Assembly: GCF_026210795.1 (NCBI RefSeq)
Contig: NC_089433.1
Coordinates: 372,001-436,000 of the forward strand
Direction: 5' to 3'
DNA: 64,000 bases
Source of the DNA: Rhizophagus irregularis
Taxonomy: Eukaryota
The translations under genes were made by a program, and so were the position numbers. Below are positions 53,766 to 64,000 of this stretch, in pieces (within the stretch, counting starts at the first letter, position 1; every line of letters begins with the position of its first letter). The notes below the pieces were generated by a model. That model made no database searches and was not told where the DNA came from. It was given only the letters and a program-made list of their open reading frames with translations.

Positions 53766-53903
53766 ATTGCTAAACATCACCAGTGGTGTTGGTCATCAAT
53801 ATGATGTAATACTGGCCAGTATTTTATTAGATTTTTTAATTCTGGTTGAAAGTACATTATAATGCTGGTACGGTAACTATCACTACCGGTGAACTTTAGC
53901 AAT
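53766..53903. mobile_element. ~140-bp degenerate MITE
   Basis: attgctaaacatcaccagtggtg pairs imperfectly with cactaccggtgaactttagcaat. Confidence 0.55.
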
Positions 53904-54159
53904 CATATTCATAAAATTATTATACAGTATACAAATTAAAATAAGGGCTACACAGAGATGCAAAATGAGGTCAAAATGACGTATAAATATGCTTCAATTA
54001 AACTTATTAGTACTTCAATTAAACTTATTAGTAAGCTATTAATAAACTCATGATCATATAAATACAGTAAAGTTATTTTAAATCTTCTTTCCATCCCTAT
54101 TTAATTCTCTCTTTTTCATTTAATAACCTTTTTTTACAATACAACTATTAAAAATAATC

Positions 54160-55826
54160 ATGGCAGATATGGAAAGATCTAGTAAAAAAAGAGGAAAGGG
54201 AAGAAAAACCAATTCAATAACTCAAACTACTCGTGTACCTCTTAGAAGTCTTAGAAGTCAAAGGCAATTTAATGATGGTATTTAAAATTTTTTATTAATG
54301 ATAATTTCTTTACTGCAAAATAAACAAAGAATTATTAAACTGTGGCTAGTGGAACTAAGTAATAAACTTTCTCACAATTATTGAAAAGTTCGTCAGGATA
54401 ATCCTGAAAGAAATAGTCAAGATGATCATCAAGAAAGTCTTCAAAACCATGAAATTCACGATCAACAAATTCATGGTAAAATCAATTTTATATATGTAGA
54501 TATATAATTAATTTGTGTACTATAAAATGCTAATTATTTTTGCATATTAATTTCATTTCTTTAACAACCCCTTAATGAAGTTCCTGATAAAGAAAAGGTT
54601 ACCAATGAGGAGGAAGAAGATAGTAGTGATGTATCCGAGGAGAATGAATCAGAAACTCCAAGAAAATATAGAAAAAATGATACTGATAATTTAATGCCAA
54701 AAGCTAAAAAAACTACTGGTGCGTACTTCCAAAATTTGAATGTATATTTTTAAGATTTACATTTTCCACTTAAATAGAAAGTGAAAAGGAAGAATACTAT
54801 ATAATTCCCATGAAGTTTCTTGAAAAATTAAACAATCAAAATAAAGTTTTATGGAAAAACCAATTGAAACAAGAAAAGAGACTTGAAGATATAAAACAAA
54901 TACTTTTAAAAATACATCGTGAAGAATCCTTATCACCCGCTTTTTTTAAAGTAAATGTTGTTTTTGGTCCTAGATTTGTAAATATTTTTGACAACATTTG
55001 AACTTTTTTTAACAGAAAGGTATTGTAACGATTACTAAAGAAATACAAAAGAAATCCTTATACCCCACTCCAGAATTATTCAAGGAACATTTTGAGGTAT
55101 ATATTGAAAAAGGGTCTAAGGGATATATTAATGATATTGGGAGACATCGTTGGGATTCTCGATTTTACTCTGAATTTATGCCTATCGTAAGTGTTATTTA
55201 TTTTTAAAGTCTTTAATATAATAATTTTTATGAATATTAATCTTGTTATTTATTTGATAATATACTAGTGTCTCGACAAGATGAAAAATCGTCGAGGTAT
55301 ACTCGCAAAAGAAATAAGAGCTACACTTTTTAAAACATGTAATATTCAAATTAAAACAAATTCGGGTGCGAAAATTACTGATTGGAAAAAAAGTCCTTGT
55401 GTTACAGAAGCATACGCGAATTTGTGGAAAGTAGACAATACTGGACTTTTCGTAATTAATGGAATTATTATGAAGGCAATGCCAAAAGAATCCAAGGAAA
55501 ATTGTTTAACACCTTCAATAATTTCATTTGCTCTTGCCGTCTGTTGCATTGTTTTAAATCCACATAGTGACGAAATAAGATGCACAGAAGACGCCATTAA
55601 GCAACGATCATCTATTTTCTTGGTATGTTTATAATTTAAATCTATAGAAATGATGATCGGAATTATCATTAATTTGTTACTTTGGTAGGTATTATTAAAT
55701 GAAAATACATTTCCAAAAGAAAGTGATATTTCGGAAATTCAGGAAGGATCAAGAGAAATGACTAATTATAATGATAATGTTGAAGAAATTTCTGAAGATG
55801 ATGATGACGCGAGATTATTTGAGTAG
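54160..55826 (+). CDS. Multi-exon hypothetical protein (basic N-terminus, acidic linker, helical C-terminal domain); possibly transposon-associated and partly decayed
   Basis: ATG 54160; the 3' exons (~55018-55186, 55269-55623, 55689-55826) splice in frame and end at TAG 55826; at least one 5' acceptor (~54567) looks damaged. Confidence 0.5.
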
Positions 55827-55879
55827 TTATTTTACTGTTCAATTCATAATTGTTTGTAATAGAATATAAATTTTATTAG

Positions 55880-56125
55880 TAAAGAAATGCAACGAAAAGA
55901 TGTAAAATTTTATTATTAAATAAATGCAAAAAATTTCATTATTAAAAAATGCGAAAGTTTTTATTATTGAAAAAATATGAAAATTTTTATTTTAAAAGAA
56001 GCGCGAAAATTTTTATTATTGAAAAAATACGTGAATATTTATTATTGAAAACATATATAAATTCTCATTGATAAAAAGATACGTAAAATTTTATTTTAAA
56101 AAAAATGCGAAAATTCTTATTATTA
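55880..56125. repeat. ~33-bp degenerate minisatellite
   Basis: Recurring aaaatgcg/acgt-aaattttt-attattgaaaaa. Confidence 0.65.
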
Positions 56126-56827
56126 AGGTTATTCACTATTTTTGTACACCCGTATACCCCCGTAGGTGGTGTGAATTTGCGTAATTTTTTAAAGACGTAA
56201 AATTTTGCAGATCCACGCCTTGTTTTAACTCCTGATGAAAGAAAACCAATACTTACCATTCGAAATTCCAAAGTTCTAGTCAGAAGGAAGAAAAGGAACG
56301 TAAATGACGTTAATTCGCAGTCTGTAATGCCGTTGTAACCCTATATTAAAAGAAACTAATCAATAAAAATCAATAAAAATAAAAAAAACCCAATTAGAAA
56401 AAAACTAACCTTTTTTGGTCTTTTGCCCTTTGTAAATTAGTTTAAAAAGCTGTTAGAAAAAAAAAAAAATATCACCGGATATCCGATGATCCATCTGGTC
56501 AATCCGGTGATACAAACGGTCCGGGATATGAACCAATTTTTTTTGTGTCGCCTTATTATTCCTATTTATAATTATATGGAACTATTTAGAAGTTGTTGTT
56601 TATATAAAACAAGACTACTAGTTGCAGTGCGTATATTTTCTTTATGTAGGGTTTTATACTATAGTTTAAGAAATAAATTCAAAATGGTACTTTTATTTAT
56701 TTTAAAATTTATTTATTTGAAAATTTCCTTATATATACTATGTACAACCACGCACAAAAAAAAAAAACTTGAATTTGATTAACAATGAAAATTTTTTTTA
56801 TGTCGAAAGTTCTAAAGTTGATCATTT

Positions 56828-57300
56828 GCTCAATTAACTTTTCATAATAAGAAAATTTTTTTTTTTATGCAAGAGGCGAAGTTTTACGTAGGCATGCATA
56901 TCTATATATGTGTTTCAAAATAAAAAAGCTCAATTAACTTTTCACAAAAAATTTTTTTTTTTTATACAAGGGACGAAGTTTTACGTACAGACATGCATAT
57001 TTATTTGTTTCAAAATAAAGAAAGCTTAATTAACTTTTCACAATAAAAAATATTTTTTTATTTTATGCAAGAGGCGAAATTTTACGTACTGTACAGCCAT
57101 GCACATTTAATTTGTGTTTCAAATAAAAAATCTCAATTAACTTTTCATAATAAAAAAAATTTTTTTTTTATGCAGGAGGCGAAATTTTACGTACGGCCAT
57201 GAATATTTGAAATGTGTTTCAATAAAAAAACTTAATTAGCTTTTCACAATAAAAAAAAAAATTCTTTTTTTATGTACGTACAACCATGCATATTTACATG
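56828..57300. repeat. ~100-bp tandem repeat, about 5 copies, directly upstream of the channel gene
   Basis: ctcaattaacttttca...ttttatgcaagaggcgaa.ttttacgta...catgcat recurs five times. Confidence 0.9.
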
Positions 57301-57397
57301 TATTTTAAATGAAAAAAAAGTATATAATCACAAATGGACGATATAAAAAAAATAATTTCTTTGGTAATAAATTTATATATTTATAAACGACTACCAA

Positions 57398-60300
57398 ATG
57401 AATGAAGTAATCGAAATCAAAATTAACAATGATGCTGACAAAATCGAAGTTGATGATGTTGATAAAATAAATTTTGCTAAAATCGATGTTGATGAAAATG
57501 ATGTTGACAAAATATTTAACTTCGATGGTGAACAACATAATGGTAAACCTATTACTATGTTAGAAATATCACCAAATGAAAAATACCTTATTACTTATAG
57601 TGAAGAAGATCGTTCAATTGTCGGTTGGAATGTTGAAGATATAGATAAGGTTCAACTTAAATTTCATCAAGCTGTTAAAACTAAAGAAACGAAATATGGA
57701 ATCAAAAGTTTATGCGTTTCTGATGATAAGAAACTAGCTTATATTACTGGTAGTAAACATAGTGAAGATAATACTATTGGTAAGTAAAAATTATTTGATT
57801 ATGTAATTATTAAATTATGGCAATTTATATTTATTTTAATATTTTTTTAGTAATCGATATGAATAATAAAGATAAAAAAATTGCATTAAGTTTTGATGAA
57901 TTTGGTTCTGCAAAGTATTGTACCTTTAATTTAAAAGGTGAATTTATTTTACATAGTGTAAAGTATACTAATGAAAATGCTGTTTCTGAAATACAAAGAA
58001 TTATTAAAAAACATAAAATTATTTGGATTTATTCCACACAAACTAAAAATAACAAATTGGAATGTAAGAGATTTTACAGGATACCTGAAGATTATAAATT
58101 AATTAGTATATCAAAATATGATAAAGTTTACCTGTTTTCAAATGATTACATTTATGAATGGAATATTAATACTGAAAGAGGTGTAAAAATATTTGGTAAT
58201 AATAATAAGGATAAGAATAAGGTAATAAATATTACAAAATTTATTTTCCAATCAATATTAAATTATAATTAAATATATAAATACTAATTATTTTTTAGTT
58301 TGAAACAAAAAACATCGGAATATTCAGTAATGATGAAAATTTTATTTTTCTAAAAATCAATGATAAAATTGTCATTTATTCAATTGAATTGAAAATTCCT
58401 ATTGCTTCTTTGGATATAAATGATGGTAACCATTTTTAAAAAATTTTATTTATACTTTAATTATTACTCATATTAAATTATTCTTTTTTATTTAGATATT
58501 CAATTATATAATTTTATGAATCATACTGGTTTATTTCTTTTACCTTCTTTATTCTATTATACCCAAGATAAAGAAATCAAACATTGCTGGAACAATAAAT
58601 ACAAAACTAGGTTTAATTACACTTTATTTGATAAATCAATTGATAAACCGACTGATGAACCAACTGATGAACCAACTGATGAACCAACTGATGAATCAAC
58701 TGATGATCAAACAAAGTTTGTGTTTGGATTTCGATCTAAATTTGACGAAAAGATGTCAAAAATGAACTTTTTATCCGAAAATTCTGATGAATTAAACAAA
58801 GAAAATAATAAAATTGTTGAATGTGATGAATACTTAAATGTTCATTCATTTAATCTATATACGGTTAATGTGGATACATTAATTCATTCAGGTGATTTTT
58901 TTGGAATTAAATTAACTGGAAATTTAATTGAATGGGATGTACGTATTGGTGACGGTAAAATTAAACTGGAAGTTTTCAAAAAAGGAAAATTAATTAGCAC
59001 GAGAATTGAAAATTTTTATTATCCTATTAAATTTTTTATTACTTTCGACAATGATCATAAATTACTTGAGAGCTCATTATTTAATAATGATGATATTGTT
59101 ATATTGACAACATTTGGTATTCTTATTTATACTTTTAGTGAAAATAACAAATCTAGTGAAAAAGACCAATCTTGTTTTTATAACAAATATGGTGAAAAGG
59201 ACAAATCTATTTTTTTAAACTATTTTTATCGTTGGAAAGATAATAAAATATATTACCCAGAATCTACTTTACCATTACCAAATCATGATAGTTTTAGATT
59301 AGATGGATGGGTTTTAGATGTGATAAATAATAAGTCAAGTCTTTTGAAATATGGTGTTGAATTATTAAAATTTGCAATTAAAGAACATAAGTTAGAATTA
59401 ATTGATGATATTTATAAAAAATGTATGACTTATTTTAAAGAGGATTTAATGAACAATAAGTCATTTTTAAGCATTATAACTTCTGCAATGCCATTACTAG
59501 ATGAATATTATCCAGAATATATTCTAAAATATTCATCAGAAACGAATATGATCATAGATTCTTCTTTTTACAGTATAGAGCATCAAAATAAAAATTTCCA
59601 TCTTTATTCTTTTTTTCAATCTCCTCAAATGGCTAATTTATCAAAATCTCTTTTATGGACAAAATACCATTATAAATTATATCATTGTAATCCAATAATA
59701 ATACTTATATTGTTTATTATACAAGCTTTAATAATACTTTTAACTTTACCCCTATATTTGGCTACATTTTATATTTTATTAAAATACGATTTTATTAATA
59801 GTATTTACATTTTTGATATATTTTCTCTTATTTATTTCTATACTAAACGTAAAATTTTTAAAATTTTTAAAAAATATATAACAACGACACCAACAATTAC
59901 TTTTATGATTCCTTATATTAATTTTGTTAATTATTCAAGTGATTATAAGTGGTTTTTAGAATTAATTAAACCTCAACCTAGTCCATTTACTGAAACAATA
60001 AATAGAAATATTTATAAAACATGGAATGGAGAAGCATTAATTAATTTTAAATGGAATGTTTATGGAAAATATTATTATGCAATGATTTGGATTTTATTTA
60101 TGGCTTTGCTTGGATGCTTTACTACTGCTGCAACAATTTCTCAGCAATATATTAATGAAGAAGTTAGACAACAACTTTTTATTGCTTCGATTATACTTGG
60201 ATTTATTCATCTGATTTTAGAAATTCGTCAATTTTTTTATAATATTACTAAGTGGTTCTATAATTTTTGGAATATTTTTGGTAAATATAAATGTTTAATT

Positions 60301-61645
60301 TATTTTACAATATTTTAAGAAAATAAAATTAATTATATAATATTTTAATATTGTAGATATAATTGCTTATGTCCTTTCAATTTACACTTCTATTTATTGG
60401 CTTCAAACAAATGATAAGAACAATAATATGTATCTAATTCAATTGCTTTCTTTTTCATGCTTATTTTTGGATATAAAATTTTTGTTATTTTTTAGAGCAT
60501 TTGAATATTTTGGTGTATATTTTGCAATAATTATTAGTGTTGGAAAAAAGATTTTTTCTTTTTTATTAGTCTTATTCATTATTATAATAAGTTTTGCACA
60601 TGCATTTTATATTTTATTATCACCAAAATCTAAATTTTCACTTGATCAATATAATACAAATAGTAATGATGATCCAAATAATCCTTGGAATTTAGCTCCT
60701 AGTTATAGTCAAGTTGATAATAATGGAAATATAAATTCCAATCCACTTATGATGATTCAAATTCCTGATGGAAATACAAACATGTTTATAGATATTAAAA
60801 CTTCCCTTTTTGCTATATATTTATTTTTAATAGGTATATTTAAATTTTTCATAATTATGTAAATATACATAAATATTTTCTAATATTTTTAAGCAATTCT
60901 TCTTATCAATAGGTGATTCAAGTGCATTATCCAATTGGACGTATACAGAAAATCCATCAATTTCAGTATTGATTGTTTTGTTTTCCCTTTTAGTTGTTGT
61001 ATATCTTATGAACTTGTTAATTGGATTACTCAATATAGCAATTGAAGAAGATAATAATAGAGTCTCATATTTGATGCAAAAGGCAGAGGTAAATAATATT
61101 ATCATTAATCATTCCATTTCTGTAAATATACTAATATATCTCGATTTTATTTTTAAAGATTTTGGCTGAGATTGAGTTATTTTACCTATTACCACATCAG
61201 AAACGTTGGCATACATGGTTTCCTGAAGTAATGTATGTAATTTTACTTTTAAAAAAACTTTGTTATGGTCTTATTAATTATTCGAATTTGTTTTTTAAGA
61301 CATTATTATGCCGATGTTGATAAAGCTCGAGTAGAAATTAAAAGATTGATTAAAGAGGGTGAATGGGATACTAAGGAATTCACAGAGTTGCGGAAAAATT
61401 TATTCGAAGTACTTCAAATTGAATATAATTCTATTGACAATGAGGCAATATTGGAGCAATTAAAAATTGACAATGAGGTAATATTGGAGAAATTAAAATC
61501 TCATGAGAAATTATTGAAAGAAAATAATAATGAGTTGGAGAAATTAAAATCTCATGATGAAAAATTAGATAAATTAGATAAATTAGATAAATTAGATAAA
61601 TTAGAGGAATTAGAGAAATTATTGAAAGAAATACGCGCAAAATAA
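57398..61645 (+). CDS. TRP-like ion channel (8 exons: 57398-57779, 57851-58221, 58299-58425, 58496-60280, 60357-60833, 60913-61088, 61159-61232, 61300-61645)
   Basis: In-frame splicing; WD-like N-terminus; EALINFKW pre-S1; S4-like FLLFFRAFEYFG; S5 SFAHAFYILL; S6 YLMNLLIGLLN; TRP-box-like QKAEILAEIELF; coiled-coil tail. Confidence 0.88.
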
Positions 61646-62789
61646 TTTTTAATATTATGTTAGTTTTATAATTCAGTTTGTAATTTAAATAATTCTTTTT
61701 TATATGGCTTATCCAAATATTAAATATATATATTCTTTTTTTTTACTTAGAATTATTTAAACACTAATGTTAATGAATATTTAAAAAAATTCTTAGTTCA
61801 TAATTTAAATAAATCTTGATTTTTCTTAACTTATCCAATTATTAAATATAAATTGCATATAAGTATCTCCAATTTACGAAATCAAAATAAATAATGTAAA
61901 ATTTTTTATATTCATCTTCAAGACAGTGTTGATGACATTAAAGTAATTAAAACTTCATTAGCTCCATAATTTCTAAATTAAATGAAAGCTTTTTTTTGAT
62001 AATGACAGATTGTTAACATAAAAATCTCATAGGGTGATTCCATGGGTTGATTTTGAATATACATATTTTTTTTGAGTAGCTACCATAAATATTTAATATA
62101 TCAACGTAATAAGAGATTGGAAAAATATATTTATTAATACATTTATTAATAATAGAATTATTATGATTTAGGAGAATCAGTTAAATCAAAAAAATTTTTT
62201 TTTTTATGATAATAAATAAATATTTCATTTGGTAAAAAACTTTTTTCTTTTTCTTTCTTTTTTTTTTTGAGGAAAAGTAGAATACCTTTTAGTATTTATG
62301 AAAAGAAGAAATTTTTTAAACATTTAAATAAGAAAAATTATACAATAATAAGGAATCGAACCGGCTTTAGACAAACCCTCAAATGCTGAAAAAATTCGTC
62401 ATAAATTCTTTTTATTGGTTAAATTATACGTAATAGCTAGACGCAAAACTATTGGTAGATTTAACATATTGATTGGACATCTGACAGTTCTGATCACGGA
62501 TCATAAAAAAAATAATAATGTATGATATCTAAAATTCTTTAAGTTCATCTATAATAATATGGGAAAAATTGTGTTATGACATAAATAATAATAAAGTTGT
62601 ATTTACTTAATACAATGTTTTAAAATAAAAGCCTATTTATAAATTTATTAAATATTGGCATAAAAAAATATATATATATATTTTTTATTGGAATTTTACA
62701 ATAAAAAAAAATCTAATTAATTTTATATAAATTGTAAAATTAGATTCACGTGGCACGAAAAAAGTTGGAACGTAGCCCATGATCATAAT

Positions 62790-63050
62790 TACTCTTCCTC
62801 TTTCTTGAAATAACCTTGAACCCGTTGCTTTTCATCACCGGTTTCTTCTCATCTTCCACCTATCCTTTAACAAACCAACTATAACCTCCATTACCCGCTT
62901 CACATTTTTATGCAAATCCTTTTCTTCTTCCGAACTTTCTTCCAAAGCAGACTCGACAAACCGGATATTGAGTGGATTTCTACTCGTGCAAGAAATTACG
63001 TCTGGAGTATAAAGGAGAAAATGCCATTAGTGTTGTATGGTGATCGGTTT
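62790..63050 (-). pseudogene. C-terminal remnant of a Glomeromycota Crinkler-like repeated family
   Basis: Across frameshifts it reads WHFLLYTPDVISCTSRNPLNIRFVESAL.ESSEEEKDLHKNVKRVMEVIVGLLKDR; family recognised from memory, not by search. Confidence 0.5.
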
Positions 63051-63053
63051 GTT

Positions 63054-63144
63054 GTGATCATCACCGTTGGCCGGAATTATCAATTTTTACCGGCACTATA
63101 TTTTTTTAATGCTGGTCGATCGTCATAATTTCAGTCACCGGTGA
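63054..63144 (-). mobile_element. Second copy of the kinase-intron MITE
   Basis: gtgatcatcaccgttggccggaattatcaatttttaccggcactata...tcagtcaccggtga is the reverse complement of ~21777-21867. Confidence 0.85.
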
Positions 63145-64000
63145 ACTGTGATATTGCCATATTTAAATTATGTTTTCATATTTCACAAATTAATATAAGA
63201 TTTAATTATTACTAATTATTCTTTGAAATTTTTCTCTAACGTCTCACATCTGATAACTGGTTAACGCGTTAAGTAGGACTCCATGTTCTTATATTTTATT
63301 TATTTTTAATATAAATTTGGTACATTGATTCTCTTAGCATAATTTTGACGAGGGAGAGTTTTTTTTTATGATCGTTTAAAATCTAAATTAAATTATAAAT
63401 TTATGATAAAAATTGATCATTGAGATTTAATACTATTATAAAATAATAAAATAAAAACTGTTACAATAAAATATATAAAAAATTAACTATTTAATTTTAC
63501 ACAAAATATTTTATAACATTAAATACATATTTAATTCTGTTACTATTGAATCCCGTGATTTTATATGAAGTCATATGACATAAATTAGATCTGAGTTAGT
63601 TTTATCAAAAATTTAGACTGTGTTCTTGATTAAAATGTGTATGTAGTATATTAAAGTACTTTAATATGTCTTAGTCAACTATAATAGATGTTAATAAAAA
63701 TAATAAAGATTTCTATTATTTCTATTGTATATTTAATTAAATCTCCTAAATAGATATGAGGAGTTAAAAATTAAACAGATAATCAATTAGACTCTGACAA
63801 AAGTAGAAATTAAACAGGTATCGGTGATTAGATATTGATCTGAAAAAATAGATGATATGATTGATATCTGTTTAACTACTTTTTTGTGTTAATTTTTACT
63901 TTTTTGGTTAATTTCTACTTTTTTGTGTTTAAATTTCTACTTTTTTATGTCTTAGATTATGATATACTACTTTCACTACAGATTTTATTAATTAGACACA

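Noticed and set aside
1..64000. tRNA, rRNA, telomeric repeats, bacterial or viral insertions
   Set aside because: None recognised by eye; a covariance-model scan would be needed to exclude small RNAs.

Overview
Very AT-rich, intron-rich eukaryotic DNA. Gene content (TKL-type kinase-Sel1 fusions, Kelch membrane protein, F-box/LRR, BTB/TLD, expanded TRP-like channel, Crinkler-like remnant) and short GT-AG introns point to an arbuscular mycorrhizal fungus (Glomeromycota, Rhizophagus-like); this is an inference. I modelled about 7 spliced genes by hand, plus several pseudogenes and many non-autonomous transposons (hAT MITEs with 8-bp TSDs, a Helitron, nested MITEs, satellites). The standout is a 14-exon kinase gene at 20.9-27.8 kb. 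It has 12 tandem degenerate kinase N-lobe modules encoded by symmetric phase-0 exons. Each module carries a hypervariable loop in a conserved framework, shows signs of shuffling between modules, and the array precedes a single intact kinase. This looks like a modular, diversifying, receptor-like sensor kinase. A second oddity is a ~120-bp satellite at 51-52.7 kb whose unit is built like an intron plus micro-exon, arranged in convergent arrays. All exon coordinates were read by eye and need RNA-seq confirmation.
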